64,000 bases of DNA from a virus. The stretch lies in the IMG/VR virus record IMGVR_UViG_3300037041_002705, positions 1-64,000 of that record. One strand, given 5' to 3'. The translations under genes and the position numbers were made by a program. The notes under the pieces are model-generated. The model saw only the letters and a list, made by a program, of their open reading frames with translations, did not search any database and was not told the origin of the DNA. Below are positions 56,301 to 64,000 of this stretch, piece after piece. Position 1 is the first letter of the stretch, and each line of letters opens with the position of its first letter.

Positions 56301-56740
56301 TTAGAGGAGTTTCCCTCATAACAAGTGAATCTGCCGTCGAGGGAGATGGTTGGGAGTACATAGACACAAGCCTCATGCCTACACTATCACACATACAGTA
56401 TCTGACGCTTGCCGTCAATGGATCTAACTTCCCGGTTGAGTTCTCAGACCCAGATTCTCCAAACACCATGACCCCTGGTCTAGAACTTCAAGTGAAGCTC
56501 GATGGTCCTAATGGAACAGATTGGATCAGTGCAAACGATGCATATGACCCAGGAATTGTTGCAGAGCCATACAACCTTGGAGATCCTGCTCTTGATGCAT
56601 CTCTCAGCACACAGAGTTCAAGAAGGATTACATTTGGATCTGTTGTTGGAGGAAGAAGTGGAGAACTTAACATAAGGTATCGTGTTGCAGCAAACTCTCC
56701 AATAACGATAAGCACAATCATTCTTGAAGACTACTCATGA
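53342..56740 (+). CDS. large virion structural protein (baseplate/fibre attachment)
   Basis: N-terminal YQGELGINF (fibre-base motif), PRIDTIV, acidic and beta-rich, duplicated C-terminal domain. Confidence 0.65.
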   Translation: MAKKLQSNFIRRIEKTLTSTRPQIPTAGTNHVDDASSWTTNMIYQGELGINFTCGTLWTQDGDTGLQPNAEDAILDGLVLSNVGTSGTYLAVSDGYARLKGRTYVYNTPSLSNPSSITIDGSSGAAGPRIDTIVATPSTNYNSVEDLYELEVTVIKGDVFAPGCLATKLWPPQVTEPAVNCLSEYVLLGFVYVPANLNQLTTPLYPLAVVDATLNPATAQPYDPYNIGSGYYTTFPMPIMTTNDFIKRRQRSNFEWQPNTLYFEKQLVYIVSSGCGTLYEVSETYQSSASSASDISSGYLVEFCGVGGASMTIDTFADIGYPPSAGVPTFSDGYFSDWNSSTRIIDSIAYLNSLIGKLAPPSPKTIDEITLILSPTMESYSAKTLGNSIVVNVIDTNLTPAVVITPNGDPFKDYNGHCEMFGFFNTTATSSGNLYDDDPAFDLPDVPTYYTVATSSDATSGSMEVQVTVGTDISANPMLITGRNLLIRSIDDTSNYFYVVVKEPTTWSGGTLFVTINDSTSFASIASDFEAWEIYIADMADVASPDVELNAAKVDPYENIDQKNDIYTAFSVSVETADPIAATTTMQVLGINYRGVQGVCDFYVENPLTPIISMNAGPQGIHTNGKYLSGVPVLSTGDTMLMSFEVEDAVNYFYNKDRIVECLNTTDFNSYVLIDQDADGGAPSTGSPWPINKLLTFTNNNTLTVSDEACSDGLSFNLAAYNSRGTEIADVGALLLDTNVVADSNSQEIPTVDALDYLGYEPSTGRYTSGAGAFPTGDTPIIYDSSSSWGDAYDSAQTQVDISTNDELQLGSTQTNSGQVLCGYYFYPSQDYSSMDIYADTSATPVSPLPPDYSSLPSSVNDYRWATFYVGYVDTAIKYLKLRIVGGENINEVWDGLTMTPNFQFQVKIFDPDTGLVTGWLDGNTAYDSSSPTDPYSNGDAALDASFGQGSLFRRITFGQTARKGTVWVRVGMQYYDDVSTPTNMRFRGVSLITSESAVEGDGWEYIDTSLMPTLSHIQYLTLAVNGSNFPVEFSDPDSPNTMTPGLELQVKLDGPNGTDWISANDAYDPGIVAEPYNLGDPALDASLSTQSSRRITFGSVVGGRSGELNIRYRVAANSPITISTIILEDYS

Positions 56741-58572
56741 CGCAGGAACAGAAACTAGAAATAGTATACAAAAAGCTATTCAACCAGAAGGCTTTTACGA
56801 AAGAGGGGACTCAATTTTTTGAGGAACCTTTTTCTACGTTTTCACAGGTACCACTTTCATACATCTATGTAAACAGTGACTACCTGCCTAGCACTGCGCC
56901 AAATGCTGCAGTGACTGTTGCCGGAATTGAGACGTTGTCATACGTCGAAAAAGAAAAGGCAGTTCCATTTGATTCGAGCGGGCTGAAGTTCAAGACAAGA
57001 AATGGAAGGATAATTCCAACGAGCTATGGCACTGGATATGGCATCGAAATGAGGACCCAGTCAGGAAGCTTGATAGATCCAGATTTCTTTTCCTATGTTA
57101 TAGATTGGGAGTCTGGGTTGATCACATTCAATAACGTTCCATTTGATGTTGACTTCAATAACCCTCCTCTTCTGACTTACCATTACTATTCTGGCAAGAC
57201 TTTAGAAAACATCGTTACATTCACACAGCAAGGCCAAAGAGGGGAAATAGGACCAACCGGTGAAACCGGGCCAATTGATGATTCGGTTCTCATATACAGG
57301 GGGCAGACAAACTTTACCACATCTCCTGCTATACAGTATAATCCAAATGATGTGATAACGTTCACCACAAATGGAAACAGCTACATATGCCTGCTTGCAA
57401 CAACATCAAGCCCAATAGCATCTCCTTCTTCCTGGGAAAACATATCTCCTTCTGGAACAACAGGACAGATGCCGGAGAATGTTTTGTACGTAAACCACCC
57501 AAACTCTGTCCCAACCTCAGGGCTTGCAAATGGATCAGATTTCTATTTTACTTCCCTTCAGGATGCAATAGACCATGTTCAGCAGGGTGTTCCAACGACT
57601 ATAATAGTCAATCAGCTTAACAACCTGTATCCTGCAGCAGAAGGAGACATCACGATAGAAAATAAGACGTTGAACATAATCTTTAGAAAGTGGGCAAATC
57701 TTGCATCGGATCTCATTGTGTCATCAGGCTTTACCCTTTTGATAAAGGACTCAGATGTTACAATACAGAATGCACAGATCGGCAGCGGGATTCTATTTAA
57801 GACCTATGATTCAATAAATGAAATCACCATTGATGCAACATCATCTGAAACCACAGTTAAGTTTGTTGAGTGTAAGATGACATCAAAGATCATTAAGATC
57901 ACAAGAAATGCAGCAAACAATGCTATCGTTACATTTGAGAGATGCTCAATAAATTCAGAGAAGCTCATAACTAATGCTGATGTGGTGATAAAGGACTCAA
58001 TGTTCTCTGGTTCAGTAACCGGCGACTATACACAGGATGAAGTTCAAGGAGAGCGACACACGTTCCATGTAATAAATAGCATCGGATTCCAAAGAACAAC
58101 AAGAGGAAGCCTGAGAAATCTTCAGGCATATGACATCGTTGTTCTTTCAAACAGGAACGACGTACAAAACCTTTCGGTCAAGCTTGAGAACAGCATTCTT
58201 CCAGGCTTTGGTATCGTACTTAATCCAGAGACATTCATCTACTCTCCAGATGTGGTAAGCATTGATTCAAACAACTCTATGTTCTATCACTTTGGTCTTG
58301 ATGAAGCATCTGCAAATCAAGGAGGCACCATAAATGTGGTTGGCTCAAACGTTGGATATGGCGTGAACTTTAATAACTTTCCTGCCCAGTTCTTTACAAT
58401 CGATGATCCATACAACGCATCAAATGCAAACTTTTATTTCTCGATAGATGGACCTGGCGGCGCACAGATTCCGGTTGTTACATGGGACGCTGGTGCATTA
58501 CAGACTATAGGATATGATGCTTATAAATCTCTGATAATTGATGAAATTGAAAAGCTAATGTTATCATTATGA
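56737..58572 (+). CDS. tail fibre/spike paralog 1
   Basis: MTQEQKL..VYKK, YVIDWESGLITF, short collagen GPTGETGP, YRG...YNPNDV, beta-helix-like C-terminus. Confidence 0.7.
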   Translation: MTQEQKLEIVYKKLFNQKAFTKEGTQFFEEPFSTFSQVPLSYIYVNSDYLPSTAPNAAVTVAGIETLSYVEKEKAVPFDSSGLKFKTRNGRIIPTSYGTGYGIEMRTQSGSLIDPDFFSYVIDWESGLITFNNVPFDVDFNNPPLLTYHYYSGKTLENIVTFTQQGQRGEIGPTGETGPIDDSVLIYRGQTNFTTSPAIQYNPNDVITFTTNGNSYICLLATTSSPIASPSSWENISPSGTTGQMPENVLYVNHPNSVPTSGLANGSDFYFTSLQDAIDHVQQGVPTTIIVNQLNNLYPAAEGDITIENKTLNIIFRKWANLASDLIVSSGFTLLIKDSDVTIQNAQIGSGILFKTYDSINEITIDATSSETTVKFVECKMTSKIIKITRNAANNAIVTFERCSINSEKLITNADVVIKDSMFSGSVTGDYTQDEVQGERHTFHVINSIGFQRTTRGSLRNLQAYDIVVLSNRNDVQNLSVKLENSILPGFGIVLNPETFIYSPDVVSIDSNNSMFYHFGLDEASANQGGTINVVGSNVGYGVNFNNFPAQFFTIDDPYNASNANFYFSIDGPGGAQIPVVTWDAGALQTIGYDAYKSLIIDEIEKLMLSL

Positions 58573-60389
58573 CAACCCAACAGAAAATATCGATTCTGAT
58601 AAGAAAGTATGGCTCGAAGTCTGTCATACGTGATAACACGGCCCCTCTTTCTGGAGATGCAGATTCATTCTCAAACAACAAAGTCCTTCCTGAACAGATA
58701 TGGGTTGACCTGAAGTCTGTTCCTAAAGGAAAGAATCCACTGTTGAACTCTCCTGTTGATCTGTCCACATGGCCAACAGGATCAAATGATCCTGTCATAG
58801 TAAAGATAATAAAGAAGCAGCTCACTTGGATACCAGGGACAAATGCGTTCTATGATCCTTCTGATCCTGACGAAATATCAACAGTCAAAGATGTCATAAG
58901 CCCTGATGTAGATAGATCATACAGCCCGTTTGTCTATGTGCTTAACACGCAAAGCAATCGGTACTTGTACCATTTAAGCCCTGGTGAATACAATTGGGTG
59001 TTTGATTATGAAACAGGTTGCCTAGTTTTTGTTGATGGGCTTCCTTCCTTCATGAAGAGTCCGCAGTTTCAACCGCCTGCAATCACATGTTACAGATACC
59101 TTGGGAGAAAGACTGCCGAGGGCCTGTCATCAGATCTCACGCAAGGACCAACTGGACCAACAGGTCCTACCGGAATAACTGGAGAAACGCAAACAGATTC
59201 CATGGTATGGAAGGGACAATACGACAACATACTCAGTTACTCTGTTAACGATACTGTCTACAAGGATGGGATAATATGGGTAAAGACAACAGGCCCAACA
59301 GGCCCAACAGATTTTACATCTGCATACTTTGATTCAATCACGTACAATGAACTTGTAGATGGATTCATAAACACGATAAATGAGCAGTACATAGATGTTG
59401 AATACACAACAAATTCATCTCCATACTTTGAAAGCCTTGATGATCTTTCAAGCCTTCTTTCAAGTGATCTTTCTGGGATTGGTGATGCGCTGAAAAACAG
59501 TGATCAAAACATAAACGTATTCAATACCACTGGCGCGCAGAACTTTTACTCAAAGACATTTGTTCCATATTCAAACAGGCTATACTTCTTTTCTCCTGAA
59601 AAGCTAACTGATGCAGTTGAGGTATATCTCGAAGGTGCTGGCTACAGGATGCTATCAATTGATGGAATTCGTTCCTCTGATACAAACATCACCACACAGT
59701 CATTCTTAAACGTCTCTAGGTCAAAGCTGACAGGAACCGGATCGATACAATCGCTAACGAACTCAACTGTTGTTCCAGTAGGAATGCCTGATGTATCTAC
59801 AACAATAACAGACAGCCTTTTCCAGGATTATGAACTAGTTCTTAACGGAAGCTCAAGAATAAACTCATGCGACTTTCAGGGATGCAACATTCAGATAGGA
59901 GACCCTGGGTTTAACAGTCCTGTTGCAAAGGACATCTATAACGGCATAATACACTACTTTCAAGATACAAGATTTAGCGATTCAACGTTTGAACTTGCAT
60001 ATACTGGAGAGTATCAGAATGTCACCATAGTGTTTAACAGATGCAGAATATCAGACTCAAGGATAGATGCAAATGATGCTGGGTTTACATTCCCAAACAG
60101 GCCAAATGCATTTGCCCTAAACAATCCTAATGCAATAATCATAAAGGTCGTATTTATAGATACTGCGATAGCATGTGACGGTTCAAACTTCAATTACATT
60201 GATGGATCAAAGATGACTGTAATAGGATCAAATGTTGCTCCTTCAAGAATAACCCCGCCACAGAACACAATTGGATTTGTCTCAGGTATCATAACACAAG
60301 ACCAAGAGTTAAACGCATTTCTACAGAGGCAAAACTCTTATTCTTTGGTAAACCCTAGAACAACAACAAACTTTTACTTCAACCAATGA
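58569..60389 (+). CDS. tail fibre/spike paralog 2
   Basis: MTTQQKI, WVFDYETGCLVF, GPTGPTGPTG, WKGQY...YSVNDTV. Confidence 0.7.
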   Translation: MTTQQKISILIRKYGSKSVIRDNTAPLSGDADSFSNNKVLPEQIWVDLKSVPKGKNPLLNSPVDLSTWPTGSNDPVIVKIIKKQLTWIPGTNAFYDPSDPDEISTVKDVISPDVDRSYSPFVYVLNTQSNRYLYHLSPGEYNWVFDYETGCLVFVDGLPSFMKSPQFQPPAITCYRYLGRKTAEGLSSDLTQGPTGPTGPTGITGETQTDSMVWKGQYDNILSYSVNDTVYKDGIIWVKTTGPTGPTDFTSAYFDSITYNELVDGFINTINEQYIDVEYTTNSSPYFESLDDLSSLLSSDLSGIGDALKNSDQNINVFNTTGAQNFYSKTFVPYSNRLYFFSPEKLTDAVEVYLEGAGYRMLSIDGIRSSDTNITTQSFLNVSRSKLTGTGSIQSLTNSTVVPVGMPDVSTTITDSLFQDYELVLNGSSRINSCDFQGCNIQIGDPGFNSPVAKDIYNGIIHYFQDTRFSDSTFELAYTGEYQNVTIVFNRCRISDSRIDANDAGFTFPNRPNAFALNNPNAIIIKVVFIDTAIACDGSNFNYIDGSKMTVIGSNVAPSRITPPQNTIGFVSGIITQDQELNAFLQRQNSYSLVNPRTTTNFYFNQ

Positions 60390-62002
60390 CAAACTCAGAG
60401 AAAATAGACTTTTTGTACTCAAAGTTTGTATCACCAAATTCAGCACAGACTTCAGTGTTCAACAGCCAAGTATGGGCCCAAGGAAATGATATACCATTGA
60501 CCATACCATCATTTGACACAAACGGAGAGTACAAGAATTCGTCAGATGAAGTCATACTAAAGAAGAACGAATACGTTAAAATGATGCTGGTTCCTGGGTT
60601 TCCAAATGCATTCTCTTCAACGGGCGTGTACGATGTGGTCAGCTATGAAAATGGATTTGATCCCTCTTATGAGTATAAGTTCTTCACAAGATCATCAAAT
60701 GGAAGCTATGTTGAGATACCATTTGGAGAAGGTGGGTACTTTTTTGACCATGATACAGGAATACTTTTCTTTCCAGAAGGAAGAACACCCCTGTATAATT
60801 CTGCGAGCCTGTACATAACATTCATACAGTATGTAGGAAGAAAGGGAATCAATACAACCTCACAGTTTTCTGGGTATCCACAATCAGGACAGATGGGTCC
60901 TACTGGCCCAACAGGCCCAACAGGTGATACTGGATCTGCTAATCCCTTTTCCATAAGATACAAAGGTACATGGTCGTCGTCTGTTGAATATTCAAAATGG
61001 AATTTGGTAAAGTATGGTGGCAAGTTTTTCATTTCAACGATAAACTCAAACAGCTACTATCCAACAAATGGAACATACTGGCAGCCATTTGGGATCCCGC
61101 AACTGTCTGCTGTATTCAACAGTCCAGATGATACCTATTGGGTCTCTCCTAACTTCACGCAGACAGGAGAGCTCTATAACGATATTGAAAGCGTCTTTAA
61201 TGACATAAATGTTCAAGCCTTTACAGATACAACTATTGTCATTTATCCGGGCAACTACCAAATAAATGACAGCATAATCGTTAGGAATGGCGTAAACATA
61301 AACTTCGTCTTTTACGGAAATGTCACAATCTCTTTTAGAGATGATGCACTCTCCATGATCTTTAATCAGGGAAGCAAGATAGAATTTAGAGGGGACGGTT
61401 TTGAGTTCACAAACGGCAATGTGCGTCTAAATGGTTCAAGCCTTTCAGTTGTTGGAGGAAAGCTTCCAAATGTTCAGCTCTTGACAACAACACTGGCTGA
61501 TACATCAAGGCTCATGATGGTAAATTCGGAACTTTCATATCTAACAAACCATGGATCATTTGCATCACTAAGAGGAACGAACGTGGTCAACAAAATAACC
61601 ATGGATGAGGTATCCGTTGTTCACATAGAGGAATGCATGATACAGGCAAGGCCAGATGATGATCCAACCCAGGAAAAGATAGAAATAATCTCGGCTGTTT
61701 CAAGCGGCACCCCTCCGGGCTTTGGATATGAGAATCCTGCCCTTTTGATAAAGAACTCTCGGGTTCTGTCAAACGAAGCAGTTCTCTATTCAACAATTGC
61801 CCCCCTATATGGAATGCAGATAGGACTAATTTCTTCTGCTCTGTATGTGAAAGATTCAGCAACAAGCTTCCTTGACTTTTCTGATGTCATGGATGCGTTT
61901 GTTTTCAATACAGTTGTCAACACAACATACGACGATACAAAGCTACAGATACTAAACATCAATGGCCAGTTCCAAACCATTGAGGCTAATTTTGAAGACT
62001 AA
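60386..62002 (+). CDS. tail fibre/spike paralog 3
   Basis: MTNSEKIDFLY, YFFDHDTGILFF, GPTGPTGPTG, YKGTWSSSVEY, IVIYPGNY (pectin-lyase-like entry). Confidence 0.7.
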   Translation: MTNSEKIDFLYSKFVSPNSAQTSVFNSQVWAQGNDIPLTIPSFDTNGEYKNSSDEVILKKNEYVKMMLVPGFPNAFSSTGVYDVVSYENGFDPSYEYKFFTRSSNGSYVEIPFGEGGYFFDHDTGILFFPEGRTPLYNSASLYITFIQYVGRKGINTTSQFSGYPQSGQMGPTGPTGPTGDTGSANPFSIRYKGTWSSSVEYSKWNLVKYGGKFFISTINSNSYYPTNGTYWQPFGIPQLSAVFNSPDDTYWVSPNFTQTGELYNDIESVFNDINVQAFTDTTIVIYPGNYQINDSIIVRNGVNINFVFYGNVTISFRDDALSMIFNQGSKIEFRGDGFEFTNGNVRLNGSSLSVVGGKLPNVQLLTTTLADTSRLMMVNSELSYLTNHGSFASLRGTNVVNKITMDEVSVVHIEECMIQARPDDDPTQEKIEIISAVSSGTPPGFGYENPALLIKNSRVLSNEAVLYSTIAPLYGMQIGLISSALYVKDSATSFLDFSDVMDAFVFNTVVNTTYDDTKLQILNINGQFQTIEANFED

Positions 62003-62010
62003 ATATATAC
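62002..62010 (+). promoter_or_regulatory. putative late promoter (AATATATAC), possibly leaderless
   Basis: 3 nt before ATG 62014. Confidence 0.6.
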
Positions 62011-62013
62011 GGC

Positions 62014-63675
62014 ATGTTAACACCAGAAGAAAAGAGCGACCTCTCATACAAACAGCTTAATGCCTCCAAGGTTTCAACAAACACGAGGCTTTTGCCATTT
62101 GAAGAGTCAAACCAGTCAGACCTTATAGTGTTTCCAGAGAACATCTGGACGAATGCAAAGGAAATACCAACATCAGGTCCTACCGGATACAATCCATTGT
62201 ACCCGACAGGAACGGGTGCAACAACTGGAACCTCATACGTCTATTCAAGCGCCACTGGTCCTTGGGTCACTAAGAAATGGGTCTACCATCCTCTTGCGTA
62301 TGAGCTTGGTTCAAACTATGCTTTTCGTAATACATCAGAGCCAGTCCTAAACATAATGGACTTCAATATGTTTGGTCCTGAGTATGAGGTATCATTGTAC
62401 TACAAAGATGGTGCGACATTCATAGAGATACCGTTTGGACTTGGAGACTGGGTCGTGAATCATTATTCCGGCGTTGTTACGTTCTATGGTGACCTCCCAG
62501 ATGGTGTCGGCGTTACTGGAAATCTTGGAGATCTTTACATAACAGCATACACTTATGAAGGACCTTTTGGTGTTACTGCAGGTGCAGGACCGCAAGGACC
62601 AACAGGACCTGCGGGAGGACCAACAGGAGACACGGGTGCAGCCGGATCGCAAGGACCGCAAGGAAACCAAGGAAATATTGGGCCTGTCGGCCCTCCTGGA
62701 TCTGCTGGTTCTGGGGGAATACAAGGCCTCCAGGGACTCCAGGGACTCCAAGGACTCCAAGGTGGAGATGGCGCCCAGGGTTTACAAGGTTCAGCCGGTG
62801 TAAGAGGATACCAAGGACTTCAGGGGCAAGCAGGCCCGCAAGGTCTTCAAGGCTTTGGCCTTCAAGGAAATCAAGGCATTCAAGGCCTCCAAGGCCTTCA
62901 AGGTAATCAAGGTAATCAAGGACGTCAAGGTTCTTTGGGTCCAACCGGACCTGCCGGTGACGCTTCTAGTTTTACTGGGCCCCAAGGAAACCAAGGAACA
63001 CAAGGCGCACAAGGTGCACAAGGAAGACAAGGAAACCAAGGTGTTCAGGGTGCACAAGGCACACAAGGATCACAGGGGGCACAAGGAAGGCAAGGTCCTC
63101 AGGGAACACAAGGAAATCAAGGTTCTCAAGGAACACAGGGGGCTCAAGGTGCACAAGGCAACCAAGGCCCTCAGGGAACACAAGGGGCTCAAGGTTCTCA
63201 AGGAACACAGGGGGCTCAAGGTGCACAAGGCAACCAAGGCCCTCAGGGAACACAAGGGGCTCAAGGTTCTCAAGGAACACAGGGGGCTCAAGGGGCACAA
63301 GGCAACCAAGGGCCTCAGGGCAACCAAGGCCCACAAGGACCTGATGGGCCAACTGGAACATGTCCATGCCCAACAAAACCAGTTTATCAAGCAGTTGGGC
63401 CTGTTTCTATATCTGGCTCAACAACATACACGCTTGATTCAAATAATGCAAACGAGGTTCTCTTCTATGGTGCGTCATCTTCAGGATTCACTGTTGATTA
63501 TACACTTTCAAGCAATCCTCCTTCTGGAGAAGCATACGTGTATACAATAGCAAATGTCGGTGGAAATTCATTTACGGTCACGGTAAACACGGGTGAATCA
63601 ACAACTCTTGCGGCAAAGAGAACGCTCGTAATTTACGAGAGCTCAACCTCCATGTTCTCCATACTAACATCATAA
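62014..63675 (+). CDS. collagen-like tail fibre paralog 4
   Basis: MLTPEEKSDLSYK, WVVNHYSGVVTF, then about 250 aa of Gly-X-Gln collagen and a small C-terminal beta domain. Confidence 0.85.
   Translation: MLTPEEKSDLSYKQLNASKVSTNTRLLPFEESNQSDLIVFPENIWTNAKEIPTSGPTGYNPLYPTGTGATTGTSYVYSSATGPWVTKKWVYHPLAYELGSNYAFRNTSEPVLNIMDFNMFGPEYEVSLYYKDGATFIEIPFGLGDWVVNHYSGVVTFYGDLPDGVGVTGNLGDLYITAYTYEGPFGVTAGAGPQGPTGPAGGPTGDTGAAGSQGPQGNQGNIGPVGPPGSAGSGGIQGLQGLQGLQGLQGGDGAQGLQGSAGVRGYQGLQGQAGPQGLQGFGLQGNQGIQGLQGLQGNQGNQGRQGSLGPTGPAGDASSFTGPQGNQGTQGAQGAQGRQGNQGVQGAQGTQGSQGAQGRQGPQGTQGNQGSQGTQGAQGAQGNQGPQGTQGAQGSQGTQGAQGAQGNQGPQGTQGAQGSQGTQGAQGAQGNQGPQGNQGPQGPDGPTGTCPCPTKPVYQAVGPVSISGSTTYTLDSNNANEVLFYGASSSGFTVDYTLSSNPPSGEAYVYTIANVGGNSFTVTVNTGESTTLAAKRTLVIYESSTSMFSILTS
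63091..63321 (+). repeat. 72-bp coding tandem repeat (about 3 copies)
   Basis: Units begin at 63091, 63163 and 63235 and encode QGPQGTQG(N/A)QGSQGTQGAQGAQGN. Confidence 0.85.
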
Positions 63676-63677
63676 TC

Positions 63678-64000
63678 ATGGCAGTTCAAGAACCATTATA
63701 TTGGGTGAATGGGGTTCCAGTGTATCCCAACCAAGTTTCCTATGTGACTCAACAGGTTGATGATACTCCTGATACCATAGATGTAACTGGGGATCTTCTT
63801 ATAAACTCCTTGACTTTTGATAATCCTCTAGACGTAGAGATAAAGAGCGGCCTTCCTCCTTATGAGGTAGCAACAAGTGGCACGTCCTACATATCACTTA
63901 CTGCAGACCAAGAGGTTACGGTCATATACAATGTTGATAACTTTGAAATAACATTTGACATTGCGCAGCCTCCTGCAAAACTTCTGCTTGTCATGTTTTC
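63678..64000 (+). CDS. partial putative structural protein, runs off window end
   Basis: MAVQEPLYWVNGVPVYPNQ... stays open to the window end. Confidence 0.6.
   Translation, partial: MAVQEPLYWVNGVPVYPNQVSYVTQQVDDTPDTIDVTGDLLINSLTFDNPLDVEIKSGLPPYEVATSGTSYISLTADQEVTVIYNVDNFEITFDIAQPPAKLLLVMF

Noticed and set aside
62855-63550. 231-aa His/Lys-rich ORF
   Set aside because: Alternative-frame shadow of the collagen repeat; no independent start signals
56737-63675. Diversity-generating retroelement acting on the fibres
   Set aside because: No reverse transcriptase or adenine-variable TR/VR pair visible in the window
1-64000. Alternative genetic code (TAG/TGA recoding), common in some large phages
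   Set aside because: Core genes are full-length in code 11, and both TGA (23750-23752) and TAG (48461-48463) occur at plausible gene ends
1-64000. tRNA, rRNA or CRISPR array
   Set aside because: No cloverleaf/T-loop signature or repeat-spacer pattern seen by eye; intergenic gaps are short; a tRNAscan or CRISPR finder run would be definitive
1-64000. Prophage or host chromosome segment explaining the cellular-type genes
   Set aside because: No integrase, att site or run of housekeeping genes; the cellular-type genes are singly interspersed among T4-like core genes

Overview
A 64-kb stretch of a large T4-like (myovirus, probably jumbo) phage genome that reads cleanly in the standard genetic code. 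It carries nucleotide metabolism genes (thyX, nrdJ, dut, dCMP deaminase, thioredoxin) and replication genes (the N-terminal half of a split family-B polymerase, clamp loader, 5'-3' and 3'-5' exonucleases, DinG-type helicase). It also carries phoH, an ECF-like sigma factor, ribosomal protein bS21, a holin/GH19 endolysin pair, and morphogenesis genes (neck, terminase, sheath, tube, baseplate hub, four paralogous collagen-containing fibre genes). DUF4494, a TAnnTTTG promoter element and two type IX secretion (T9SS) C-terminal sorting domains point to a Bacteroidota/FCB host, possibly Kapabacteria (inference). The most notable observations are: (1) a phage-encoded set of host-envelope proteins (two T9SS cargo proteins, their signal-peptide partner, an outer-membrane beta-barrel, a lipoprotein and a periplasmic S41 protease); (2) rpsU preceded by a perfect 10-nt Shine-Dalgarno and a host-type promoter, resembling Bacteroidota bS21 autoregulation; (3) a recurrent ATATATA putative late promoter, some copies positioned for leaderless mRNAs, several of them ahead of proteins with T4-type capsid-targeting N-termini; (4) a candidate +1 frameshift between gp26-like and gp51-like genes. 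All family assignments come from motif recognition by eye, not from database searches.
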